Of a stretch of 64,000 bases of DNA, positions 32,001 to 40,819 are shown in pieces. The stretch comes from Giardia intestinalis. Lineage: Eukaryota. The notes under the pieces are model-generated. The model saw only the letters and a list, made by a program, of their open reading frames with translations, was not told the DNA's origin and did not search any database. The DNA is taken from NCBI GenBank assembly GCA_000002435.2, contig CM018792.1. One strand, given 5' to 3'. Each line of letters begins with the position of its first letter. Within the stretch, counting starts at the first letter, position 1. Made by a program: the position numbers and the translations under genes.

Positions 32001-35000
32001 AACTGCTGAGTATCAAGATTGCTATTCTTAGCAGGTTCATGCGATATGCTAGTTAGTGTCTCTAAACTGGTGAGGTCATCTATCGACATCAGGATCCCAG
32101 ACTTACTGGGGCCAAGCTTCTCCTTCAGAAACGCCAACTTTCTCTTAGGTTTTTTCGTAATTGGCTTTGTAGTCGATAATTCTGAATCAACGAGAGATAC
32201 CTCTGGTTGGAACTTTTCACGGTACACAACTGTCCTTAGAAATTCCATAATCGAATCGTTGAAGAAGCAGTGCGAGATGCCCGAATCAAGCACGCTCTTG
32301 ATATAAGTATAGAGCGCATCGTATGTCTCAGTGACAGCCTTCTTGACGGCGGGGTCGACTAGTGAGGGAGCGCCAGCTCCAGCATGTTCAGGAACGTCTC
32401 GAATAGTGTAGTGGTGAAGCAAGAAGAATGTGTTGCATAAGCACAGAACCACTGTTGGTCGCAGAGAGGATTCGACGTCTGTCCGCGTGAAGTGACTCAG
32501 TACAGCATCAGCAAATACCTGACATATGTACAGGCCAACGCAAGGAATTCTCATGACGGCAGCAGTAAGCGCTGGACTGAGTCCATTTCCGTGTATGGAA
32601 ATAAGATCTGCATAGTCGCCATCCAATTTTTCTACATCATTGCTCAGCGCAGTGAGTCCAGCAACACATTGGGGAACGGGTACTGGCACTCGCCTGTCGG
32701 TGGAGCAGTCCTCCTGCGGCTGGTTGGTCTCCCTACAATATCGCTCCCAAGCGTCTACGTAGTCTATCCCCGTGACTGTGGGAGAATAGATGGAAGTATA
32801 CGCCCACCCCTTTTTGTTCAGTCGATAGTATGCTGCACACTCGGTGATCGAATAGACGTCTGTATTCAGAGCGTCAGTTGCAGGATATATAATATCGCAC
32901 ACTTGAGCAAGAGTCCCCATCACTGTGGGCTCGCGCCAGAAGGTTAGTCTCATGCAGCTATCGACAATGCTAACAACAGTATCGTCAGGCGACGCATCCA
33001 CAAGTCTTGGAAGATACAGAAGAGCGAGTTGATTCTCAACGGTACGCGGAGAGTAATCAAAGCATAGAAAGCTGATTGCAGTCTTCAGAATTAAAGCTCG
33101 CGCATTTGTGACTTTTGCCAGGTCCTTCTCTAAAGCTATGCGGCGCTCTGCCAAGTTGAACAGAATGAAGAAGAAGGCCTCCAGACCACCAGGACAGCTC
33201 TCTTGCTGATCGTAAAGAAATCTGAGAACGCTTTGGCAAGCATATCCCATAGACAGCAAATCAGCCGAACAGGCCCTAGAGCTATTCATCAGGACATAGA
33301 ATATATACTTCTGTGCCATGCCTGAGCGCACAAACATCTCGGAAAAGTTTAGGGCAATCGCAATTAGAGTCTTGAATGGCAGTAAGACGAGCTCCAAGGC
33401 GATTCTGGTTCGAACGTTGAGGCCCGGAAGGCATGCCTCATTCCAGAAGATATTTTGGTATTGGTTCCAGACTGTGTGACGAGGCCGTACAAGGCACGGA
33501 GATACGTATTCCTCGTCATGTGCAAGGTCACAGATCCCTATTTCAACCGCCAGCTTTTGCTCTTCAGGGGTCAGACAGCTAGCTCTTAAGTACTCTGTAA
33601 AGATAGAGGAGCCCTTGAGGACATTGTTATAGTGGCAGCACAAATTAAAGAGCTGCACCTTGAGAATGGAGACGGGCTCTTCGACGTAATTGTTCAGGCT
33701 GATAATACGATCGATGGTCTGGGCAATAACATCACTGACGGCAACAGATGATATCCCAAATGCGTTTCGTGTAGAAACGGCGCCAAGTGTATACCCAAGG
33801 ATGTAGTGCAGAGGAAGGAAAATGGGGTGATAGATGTGGACTTCCAGGTCGAGCTCATGATAATCAAATTTTTCCACTGTTGACGAGCCTGTTTTCAAGG
33901 CTTCAACAGAAGCTTGTTCCCGCTCGATTTCCTTTGCCCCCTGAAACAAGGGCTCAAAAGATAGCGCTTCGGAATTATTTATCGTAAGAATAAACATACA
34001 AAGAAGATGCAAAAACGAAAGGATATAGGCATTGCCTGTCTGAATCTCGGAGTCATTGCGACCAAACTTTCCACGAAGCTCAGCAAGCTTGAAGGCGTCA
34101 CAATGCTTGCGGGAGATAGTGTCGTTGGGAAACATTGGATTGTCATTATAAAACGGGCCGTGAGTAAACGCGAACCAGGCCCCGTAAGTAAAGTAGGTAG
34201 TAAAGTCTGAATAGGTCAGCACATTTCGATAACGCGTTGTTCCGAATTCAGTGTCCATCTCCAAATGATTTCCATACATCACTTGAAGAGCATCCACAGT
34301 TGTTAGGGATGAAATGACAGCCAGCAAGGCCATAGCAGGAAGCGGGTGGAAGAAGGACGATTGTGTAAAGTTGCTCATCTTACCAGAATATGCTATCGGA
34401 TGGTGGACTCCAATACACGACGACAAGTACACGTCAAAGAAGCTTCGGTGCGCTTCTATTGCAAACCTTGTGTCATCGCCATACTCGCCATTGTCAAGAT
34501 TGCTGATAGGCAAGAAACCGTTCGGTATACAACACATGTACGGAAGTGACTCATCGAGGCCACGGAAGATGCTATTAAAAATGGTATCTGTCAGAGACCC
34601 ATTCTCGGCTGCAGTAGAAGCCATTCCAGCACCAAGTTGTCCACAATCAATATAGTTATCGTGGAGAGTTTTAAATATGTATTCCCTAAAAAGCAAGGCA
34701 CGCTCCCTGTGGAGATAATTGGGAACAAAGGAGATCGAAAGAGAAAGATAAACTGTGGAGAGAATGTAGCCTGCAATAAGATGGCAGGCCTCGTCTACGG
34801 GGTTAAACTCTGTGTATATCTGAACTGGCGCTCGTGTCCAGACATTGTCTTGAGGAATGACTCTGTGGGGAAGTTTGAAGTTCTCTAGTAAGTAAGAATG
34901 GAGGTAAGCAGCATCGAAAGTCTCCGCATACTTATCGTTGTATATCAAGGATAACTGCTTTATCGCTTCGTTGACGACAGAAAACGAAATGGGACCATAA

Positions 35001-36604
35001 GCAAATGCACGTTGAATCTGCAGAAAGCGCGGCTTATATTTGCAGAACATGGGCGGGTCATGAGTAAATGCGTGAGCAAGCTTGTCTGCAGCCAAGTCCC
35101 ATGGCCCTTCAGAGATGTCATTATTTAAGGCACCAATGAAAAGATATGGGTAATACCAATGATAAATATTGCACAGAAAGACTCGATAGATTGGCTCAAA
35201 AATTAATCCATCCACGATAAACTTGAGTAGGTCGTTGAGTGCAGGACTATCCACAGTTAGCCAGCGCTGATCATGTTCCAGTCCAGAGGCAGTTGTCGTG
35301 CGAGACAAGCACAACTTTTCCTTGTCTAGGATAACCTTGAATAAGCTTAAAGAAAAGATAATGTCAGAAAGGACCAGTCCTTCCGCCAAGTCCTCCATCA
35401 GCATAGACAGTGAAAGGGCATTTGACCGCAGCTTAGAAATACCGGCAATCAGAGACCTACGAGAAGAAACTAATTTCTGCGCAAACGCCATAACATCCCG
35501 ATAGTAGCGTTGATGAACAGGGTCATATGCCAGAATGTCACCCACGGTGGTAGAGTTTGTGACAGGGATAGTCAGCACCTTTGAAAGAATCCTCCAAAAG
35601 CCATCAATTTTCACATTAATAAATAAGTGGTGAAAAACATTATTAACCAGGGATTGGACAGAACACTCCAGATCAGACCTTTTTGCCGAAGCGATAGAAA
35701 TAGCGGGAGAGTCACCCAAAGCGCCCGCATCAATAGCTGTAAGATTCGTTAGAAAGGCTTCTATTGGAAAAATAATGCTCTGAAGAAGCGCAACGCTCAA
35801 GAAGACTGCGACATTGCACAACATAGCTAAATCACACGATGAACCGACGATCCCCGTGTAGACAGACAGGGCATTTTTAGAGTAGTTGTCTCCAAGATGC
35901 CTTGCGCACACCCCGGTCTTCCCTGTCGAGACGACGCTGCCACAGTCGCAGAGCCCCGTACTGAAGAAGCACCGATACTCGTGCCCAACGTGCTTTGACT
36001 CATCGAAGCATTCGAGGCACATAACGGAGGACTTATCGGTAGTGCAGTATTGACATTTAAAGCCGAGATGACTGTTCAAGACCTTGCCACAAATGCTTAA
36101 CGGAAGCTCCTCTCCGTGAAGCTTCATGAAGAGCTCTGAATGGATATAAGACTCTGGATAATAGAATTTGCTACAATCGTTGAGATCTAAACAGGGGCTC
36201 TGTGACAATGGCGTGTGGTGCTCAGGGTTCTCACTACAACCAAACAGCACTTCGCGTATTTTCAGCTCCTTGTCGACCGACTCCCCAAGGAGAGCTGGGC
36301 TCGAGGAGGCTGCACGGGCCCTAATTAAGCCAGTGACATAGTCCTCTTTGAAAATGCGACTGATCAAGAAATTAAAGACAATGGCAGCACCTTGGTCTGG
36401 GCGAAGATTAGACGATAAAAAGAGATTTGTCGACCAAACATTAAACGACGTGGCCAAGTCAAAAATGCCTCCCTTTCCCATGAGCGACATTGAGGAAGCT
36501 TTCTCGGGTGCCGTTAGAATACTCAACGTTTCAATGAGCTTGTCCATGCTCCAGAGAGACCGCTCCGGGCTCTTGGTAAGGGGAGTCTGGTTGTCGCCGT
36601 CCAT
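29021..36604 (-). CDS. UBR-box E3 ubiquitin ligase (N-recognin, UBR1/2/3-like)
   Basis: Canonical UBR box 'CGKVLNSHLGFKCQYCTTDKSSVMCLECFDESKHVGHEYRCFFSTGLCDCG' near the N-terminus. C-terminal RING-like Cys/His clusters (CKHFSHSSC...CSICRRF, CPYCKY...CMMCGQCFCNFCGHTH). The track start is GTG. The ATG is the second codon (36604). Confidence 0.8.
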   Translation of the reverse strand: MDGDNQTPLTKSPERSLWSMDKLIETLSILTAPEKASSMSLMGKGGIFDLATSFNVWSTNLFLSSNLRPDQGAAIVFNFLISRIFKEDYVTGLIRARAASSSPALLGESVDKELKIREVLFGCSENPEHHTPLSQSPCLDLNDCSKFYYPESYIHSELFMKLHGEELPLSICGKVLNSHLGFKCQYCTTDKSSVMCLECFDESKHVGHEYRCFFSTGLCDCGSVVSTGKTGVCARHLGDNYSKNALSVYTGIVGSSCDLAMLCNVAVFLSVALLQSIIFPIEAFLTNLTAIDAGALGDSPAISIASAKRSDLECSVQSLVNNVFHHLFINVKIDGFWRILSKVLTIPVTNSTTVGDILAYDPVHQRYYRDVMAFAQKLVSSRRSLIAGISKLRSNALSLSMLMEDLAEGLVLSDIIFSLSLFKVILDKEKLCLSRTTTASGLEHDQRWLTVDSPALNDLLKFIVDGLIFEPIYRVFLCNIYHWYYPYLFIGALNNDISEGPWDLAADKLAHAFTHDPPMFCKYKPRFLQIQRAFAYGPISFSVVNEAIKQLSLIYNDKYAETFDAAYLHSYLLENFKLPHRVIPQDNVWTRAPVQIYTEFNPVDEACHLIAGYILSTVYLSLSISFVPNYLHRERALLFREYIFKTLHDNYIDCGQLGAGMASTAAENGSLTDTIFNSIFRGLDESLPYMCCIPNGFLPISNLDNGEYGDDTRFAIEAHRSFFDVYLSSCIGVHHPIAYSGKMSNFTQSSFFHPLPAMALLAVISSLTTVDALQVMYGNHLEMDTEFGTTRYRNVLTYSDFTTYFTYGAWFAFTHGPFYNDNPMFPNDTISRKHCDAFKLAELRGKFGRNDSEIQTGNAYILSFLHLLCMFILTINNSEALSFEPLFQGAKEIEREQASVEALKTGSSTVEKFDYHELDLEVHIYHPIFLPLHYILGYTLGAVSTRNAFGISSVAVSDVIAQTIDRIISLNNYVEEPVSILKVQLFNLCCHYNNVLKGSSIFTEYLRASCLTPEEQKLAVEIGICDLAHDEEYVSPCLVRPRHTVWNQYQNIFWNEACLPGLNVRTRIALELVLLPFKTLIAIALNFSEMFVRSGMAQKYIFYVLMNSSRACSADLLSMGYACQSVLRFLYDQQESCPGGLEAFFFILFNLAERRIALEKDLAKVTNARALILKTAISFLCFDYSPRTVENQLALLYLPRLVDASPDDTVVSIVDSCMRLTFWREPTVMGTLAQVCDIIYPATDALNTDVYSITECAAYYRLNKKGWAYTSIYSPTVTGIDYVDAWERYCRETNQPQEDCSTDRRVPVPVPQCVAGLTALSNDVEKLDGDYADLISIHGNGLSPALTAAVMRIPCVGLYICQVFADAVLSHFTRTDVESSLRPTVVLCLCNTFFLLHHYTIRDVPEHAGAGAPSLVDPAVKKAVTETYDALYTYIKSVLDSGISHCFFNDSIMEFLRTVVYREKFQPEVSLVDSELSTTKPITKKPKRKLAFLKEKLGPSKSGILMSIDDLTSLETLTSISHEPAKNSNLDTQQFFPASVGKVLYEVVQSIIVNNDTQCYNCRLFDVPELPICQPVAFVPNSLNKLYANILKQSHKGDKEFSNILEHPWINPARQLFDKDLVLIAYPPLPADQHLEEIAHHTNHIKYKDAFRGVIFSKSTTLSIWNAIPLVHSLSDKLYDVPTVKYFIRVAGCKHFSHSSCLSFNKITSLPKTCSICRRFYNTCLPVVTAYKSQSSSPEGIAKLKEQLLEEFRLQSLAMAMCMSVLIYHGNATIALSTQQLYAEFVSASSFSLTESPTAQLLFPRRSARHQETSLAHSQNLIYSAWYIMFSDLILYNTFLTLHGFSIGLQSKLFTDSRLMTMLGSNLSSLGSVVLIAQITLSFLINRYGPNLCTIAFGPARMRCTHILQQELFMELHRSFVKVLETLIGILKDTERTPKTKNMYGFVDNISAESGSTEKVVYWAQGNSMTLTDREISQAILDQNDGRRELSLKAQCIIPSIYNFSQVNCYLGIFLQISNRIVGVIGFPLFMHYLGQLLACFDLLHPGEDVFLPFTNLYENPAVVFVALFLSYEVGLFSITEPSVLISEQQYHNLHSQYNSCPSDALSYQSYCQREALMARSLIVDHAHISMRHSSDYDLALFAESVAEALNELTTKLGYDEEQTPWNAGLIIELFTEINDTLGLAYQGWKTTNYSQDEILSNICATMPRFEHRKFVILAKNALTAARSIVTPGELYLFVHAFKASHVLSAVGTFFGNTASEHNKVISSISSLEGYSLHARRFCMTHLRSFVDSRHSFTVAAPPSSYGLYSMIAGRDSLRITPLDYSRRYLYKVFPFSYTAVKALKKYITDKHACPYCKYTPERSKNDEINLIVCMMCGQCFCNFCGHTHTNINIQETPDYLDIDRFLALHDSLDVWTPVIDISAKALHKYSIFISILHHSAACILPAVFYLPAQNKILCLNGTGVIWTQPAPMLSKYGDPDVNMRDGIPVRLAEEQVGRLFATVLINGLLDLPVEHNGFFSIPYYLG

Positions 36605-36801
36605 CACTGGAAATGTATTTTCTTAAAGGTTATCTGGTGCAATTCACCACGTTGATCTATTTAACAAGACTTCGTCCTGGGCCCCCCTGTTACACTAGTA
36701 GATGACCGTGCACAATCTTCCATAAATATTCACTGCGGCCTAGTCCTTGACCTTCTAGATCAAAAAACCCAAAAGCAGATTTAAATTATCACTCTCAAAA
36801 A

Positions 36802-37959
36802 ATGCCGCTGGCCGTCTTCAACATCAAGGGAACACGGTTTTGCGTCCCAGACTACTACAAGGTGACAAAGGCCTTGGGGGCAGGCGCATACGGCGTTGTC
36901 GCCGAAGCAGTAGACACCAGGACTAACACCACCGTGGCTATCAAGAAGATCTCTAATCTCTTTGTTCATCTTGTCGACTCTAAGCGCACACTACGCGAAA
37001 TAACGATTCTCCGCATGCTAGACCACGAAAATATCGTGAAGCTTCTCGATGTCCTGGTCCCAGAGGACCCCTCCAACTTTGACGACTTGTACGTCGTGTT
37101 CGACTTTATGCAAACCGACATGCACAAGATAATCTCCTCCAAGCAAGACCTCAGCCCCGACCATATGCAATACTTCGTCTACCAGCTCCTGCGCGGGCTA
37201 AAGTACCTGCACTCGGCAAACTGTGTTCACAGAGACCTCAAACCCTCCAACCTTCTCCTTAACTCTGACTGTGCCCTGGAGATTTGTGACTTGGGGCTGG
37301 CTCGACTTGTGGACGACCACGCTGCAAAGACTAAGGAGCTGAAGGATGCCGAAAAGCACGACACACAAATGACAGAGTATGTCGCAACGCGCTGGTATCG
37401 CGCGCCAGAGATCATACTGGGGTGGCCGCAGTATGGGAAGCCTGTTGACATTTTCTCCGTGGGCTGTATCTTTGCAGAGCTCATCGCCAGAAAGCCCCTG
37501 TTTCCAGGTAGAGATTATATCCACCAACTACACCTGATCCTCGAGGTTTTGGGCACCCCGGAGAAGGAGCTTCTAGACAGAATTGCGTCGGACTCGGCGA
37601 AGAGCTACGTCCTCGCCCTCAAGCCCTCGGCGCCGCAGGACCTTTCACAGAAGTTTCCCATGCTGGATGAGGCGGGCATTGACCTCCTTACCCGCATGCT
37701 CACACTGGATCCCTTGAAGCGCATCACCGTTAACGAGTGCCTCAGCCATCCCTACTTTGAAGGAATCCACGATGAGTCTGACGAGCCTGTCTACACCGGT
37801 CAGCCTCTTGAACTCTTCTTCGAGAAGTACGAGCTCACAAAGCCGCTTCTTGAGATGTGCTTCCTTAACGAAGCACGCAAGTTCCATCCAGACGAGCTTA
37901 AAGATGAGGTTGCAAAGCGTGCCAAAGCCCTGGGGATCCCGGAGTCTGTGTGGATGTAA
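36802..37959 (+). CDS. ERK: ERK-type mitogen-activated protein kinase
   Basis: HRDLKPSNLLL, DFGLAR, activation-loop T-E-Y (TEYVATRWYRAPE), CD-domain-like C-terminus. AGTAAAT lies 2 nt after the stop (37962-37968). Confidence 0.92.
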   Translation: MPLAVFNIKGTRFCVPDYYKVTKALGAGAYGVVAEAVDTRTNTTVAIKKISNLFVHLVDSKRTLREITILRMLDHENIVKLLDVLVPEDPSNFDDLYVVFDFMQTDMHKIISSKQDLSPDHMQYFVYQLLRGLKYLHSANCVHRDLKPSNLLLNSDCALEICDLGLARLVDDHAAKTKELKDAEKHDTQMTEYVATRWYRAPEIILGWPQYGKPVDIFSVGCIFAELIARKPLFPGRDYIHQLHLILEVLGTPEKELLDRIASDSAKSYVLALKPSAPQDLSQKFPMLDEAGIDLLTRMLTLDPLKRITVNECLSHPYFEGIHDESDEPVYTGQPLELFFEKYELTKPLLEMCFLNEARKFHPDELKDEVAKRAKALGIPESVWM

Positions 37960-37961
37960 CT

Positions 37962-37968
37962 AGTAAAT
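37962..37968 (+). promoter_or_regulatory. Putative polyadenylation signal AGTAAAT (MAPK)
   Basis: AGTRAAY consensus 2 nt downstream of the TAA stop. Confidence 0.5.
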
Positions 37969-38027
37969 GAATTCCGCGTCCGGCTATGCACACGCCTGGG
38001 CTATTTACTCTTGTTCTATGTGCCTTG

Positions 38028-39224
38028 TCACTTAGCGACGATTATGATTTGTTGGCGCTCAAGCTTTGCTTCGGCGATTGTCATCGAGATGTCTGAAAGC
38101 GTTGTCGAGGTAGACGTCACCTTGACTAGGCACTCTGAAGGCGTGGGGAGGCTAACTCCGGCCTTACGAAGGCAATCTATAAGGTCCTTAATGGTGTGTC
38201 GCTCTGGGTTTGTTTGTAGTGTGTACACTTTGTCTGCTCTAACACGAACTGGGGCTACGGGCTTCCCAGGTATCAAGGCGAGGGAAGGTTCGGCAGTAGC
38301 AGCAGAGGAAGTGGGCCCGGGGGCAGACCCATGCTGAGAATGCTTAGCCGTCTTTTTGCAATCTCCCAAAGATCGCGCCTTTTCGTTCGAATCGAATGTG
38401 TAAACCTTCTTAGAGCTTTCGTTAGCCTGCTTCACTGAGCTATAAGCTTCTGGATGGTTCTTGATCTCCGTATAGATCTGCTGGCCAGGCTTTGGTCGCT
38501 CGTTTTCCGGAAGAGCACTCAAGATTGCCTTTGGTAGCGTCTGCTTGGTTTTCATCTCATCAAGCATAGCCTCCGTCTCCTTGCTGTTAAAAGGATAGAA
38601 AGGTTCATGGCCATTGATCAAGAGCCCGTCGGAGTAGAACTCAATGACGATCTTGCAACCAGACTCCTGCTCCGCCTCCTGCTTGTTGACGTCTTTTATG
38701 GTGTGAGGGGGAGGTGCTCTGATCTTCTGACCGCTTCCTGCAAAGTACTCATTTTCAGTCCGGTCACTATCGCTTTTGTCATTCAGTATATCAGCCATGG
38801 TGTTGAACTTCGTCCCTTGCTTAGCCCCTGATGCAGAAACCGTTGGCTTACTCGGGGGAGGCGGAGGAGCGGGTGCAGAAGGTTTTGTAGATTTATGCTT
38901 GTCTATAGGGGCAGAAGGCTGAGCGGGGCGAACATGGGCGGGGGCTGCCGGCTTTTGGTGGGTGGCAGGGTTAGCATGTCCAGGCCGAGAAGACGAACCC
39001 TTCTCTGGCACTGCAGCTGATTGTTTATGGTGCGACTTGGGATCTGCGGCAGGTGCACGGGGCGCGGGTGCAGGTACGGGATCGGGGCTGGCAGCGACCC
39101 CGGAGTCAAAGAAGAGCATAATAGCCGTGTTTACGTCCCCACCGCTCATTTCCAGAAACTGTTCTGCTTGTCTATGGCCACTCCCCGTGACGGCCATGAA
39201 TTGCTGGACACTCGCTTGCTTCAT
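38028..39224 (-). CDS. p47/Shp1-like UBX-domain cofactor of p97/VCP (UBA-like, SEP and UBX domains)
   Basis: N-terminal UBA-like 'VQQFMAVTGSGHRQAEQFLEMSGGDVNTAIMLFFDSG' (cf. p47 '[24 protein letters not shown]'). SEP-like 'IVIEFYSDGLLINGHEPFYPFNSKETEAMLDEM'. C-terminal UBX-like fold. The track start is GTG (39239). The first ATG is at 39224 (aaatttaaaATG). Confidence 0.7.
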   Translation of the reverse strand: MKQASVQQFMAVTGSGHRQAEQFLEMSGGDVNTAIMLFFDSGVAASPDPVPAPAPRAPAADPKSHHKQSAAVPEKGSSSRPGHANPATHQKPAAPAHVRPAQPSAPIDKHKSTKPSAPAPPPPPSKPTVSASGAKQGTKFNTMADILNDKSDSDRTENEYFAGSGQKIRAPPPHTIKDVNKQEAEQESGCKIVIEFYSDGLLINGHEPFYPFNSKETEAMLDEMKTKQTLPKAILSALPENERPKPGQQIYTEIKNHPEAYSSVKQANESSKKVYTFDSNEKARSLGDCKKTAKHSQHGSAPGPTSSAATAEPSLALIPGKPVAPVRVRADKVYTLQTNPERHTIKDLIDCLRKAGVSLPTPSECLVKVTSTSTTLSDISMTIAEAKLERQQIIIVAK

Positions 39225-39248
39225 TTTAAATTTTGTCACCGACAGATT

Positions 39249-40490
39249 TTATCTATTATCGCTTATGTCTGTGGAGGGCTCGCAGAAAGCCATGGCATAC
39301 TTCGACCCGGTAACAAGAAATTCTAGTTCAGTGCACTCACTGGGCGAAGAGGGGGGCGGTGAGTTCTGCGTAATATTATCCTCACTCGGCAAAGTCTCGC
39401 AAACGCCTCTCTCTGGAGGCCCTTGTTCACGCCTCGCCATGGCTTCCTGGTAACGAGCCCGCACTTCTGGGGTGACTGTATTTTTCAAGAGCCTGAGAGC
39501 CCTTTCCGCGTAGAGCTCTCCTTCTACAGGGCCAAGGAGCTGGACAAGAGACAAGTGGCCCTTTTGGGTGGCATACATGAGTGCACTATATCCCGAAGAA
39601 TCCTCGTAGTTGCCCTCCTTTAGCAAAAGAGCGGCAATATCTGCATGTCCGTTGCTAGCAGCCAGCATGAGAGCAGTCCTGCCCTTCTTTGTGCGCATAC
39701 CCCGCTCTTTCGGCGCAAGAAGGTATGCTATCTCTAGGCAGCCGTTGGCTGCAGCGTCCATTAGGGCAGTCCAACCGCCAGCATTCTGCAGCCCGTACTC
39801 TCGATGGTAAAGCTTGGCGGCTATGGGCAGTCGACCAAGCTGTGTGGCTAGCATAAGAGCACTCCAGCCTCCCTTTGACCGGATTCCCGCTTCAATTGGA
39901 GCAAGCTCCATGGCAAGATGGGTGTTCCCCGCAATGCATGCGTACATCAATGCAGTATATCCGGACCAATCCTGCTTTCTACTCTCTGCCTTTACAAGTG
40001 CCTTCAGCGCCTCGTGAAGCTTGATGTCCTCTTCTCCGTTTTGCACCAACTGAGTGCTGTGATTGAGGAGCGCACATATCATTAAGGCCGTTGGCTTCCA
40101 TACGATATACCCTCCGTACTTTACGGATCCCCCCACTCGCACTCCTGTTTCGCCTGTGAGCAGCACCAGATGGCTAATTGCCGTGAAGTCTCCTTTTTCT
40201 GCAGCAAGATGAAGTGCTGTCTTTTGTGCCTTGTTCCGACGGCCTGCATGCTTGGATGCGTCAGAAATATAGATATATTGCTCTTGGAGGACAGCCCTGT
40301 GTAGGCCTGTGTTTCCGTCTTCGTCAATATGATCTAGAGGAATTGATGGGGGAGGTTTTGGCGGCTCCTTTGGACGAGCTTCTCGCGAGGCAGCATCACG
40401 CTTAGGTTTGGTTGCAGCAATTCTCTTGGAGAGCGACGGACCATTGTGGCTCTTAACACGTGAAAGTGGATGCTGCGGCTCAGGCGTCAT
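39249..40490 (-). CDS. Ankyrin-repeat protein (protein 21.1 family)
   Basis: Repeats 'GWTALMDAAANGCLEIAYLL', 'GRTALMLAASNGHADIAALL', 'GYSALMYATQKGHLSLVQLL'. True ATG. Confidence 0.8.
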   Translation of the reverse strand: MTPEPQHPLSRVKSHNGPSLSKRIAATKPKRDAASREARPKEPPKPPPSIPLDHIDEDGNTGLHRAVLQEQYIYISDASKHAGRRNKAQKTALHLAAEKGDFTAISHLVLLTGETGVRVGGSVKYGGYIVWKPTALMICALLNHSTQLVQNGEEDIKLHEALKALVKAESRKQDWSGYTALMYACIAGNTHLAMELAPIEAGIRSKGGWSALMLATQLGRLPIAAKLYHREYGLQNAGGWTALMDAAANGCLEIAYLLAPKERGMRTKKGRTALMLAASNGHADIAALLLKEGNYEDSSGYSALMYATQKGHLSLVQLLGPVEGELYAERALRLLKNTVTPEVRARYQEAMARREQGPPERGVCETLPSEDNITQNSPPPSSPSECTELEFLVTGSKYAMAFCEPSTDISDNR

Positions 40491-40528
40491 GATACAAAAC
40501 TTAGCTAAAAGTCAGGACCCTACAAAAA

Positions 40529-40813
40529 ATGAGCTTTATAGCCACGTGCTGCAACTGGTGCTGCCTTATAACGGGCGGCTTTGGAGTCATCTTCTTGGGC
40601 TTTCTCGCTTGCATGTTTTATGTTGGTGCATACTTTGAGCCAGAAATAGATTTGGGGCTGAAAGAACGCCCCGACGAGATTAAAAAGGAACGCGAGGCCC
40701 ATGCTATCGGCTTAATGTTCGGCCTTGTCGTTGAGCTTGTTGTCTTCGTCGTATGTCTCGGGGTGTTGATGAGTAAGCGACAAAGGAAAAGATTTATTAA
40801 GGCGAGGAGTTAA
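40529..40813 (+). CDS. Small membrane protein, 94 aa, two predicted TM helices
   Basis: ATG-initiated ORF with two hydrophobic segments (ITGGFGVIFLGFLACMFYVGAY, IGLMFGLVVELVVFVVCLGVLM) and a basic tail. It sits divergently 38 bp from the ankyrin gene start and exactly fills the gap. Confidence 0.4.
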   Translation: MSFIATCCNWCCLITGGFGVIFLGFLACMFYVGAYFEPEIDLGLKERPDEIKKEREAHAIGLMFGLVVELVVFVVCLGVLMSKRQRKRFIKARS

Positions 40814-40819
40814 CTGCCA

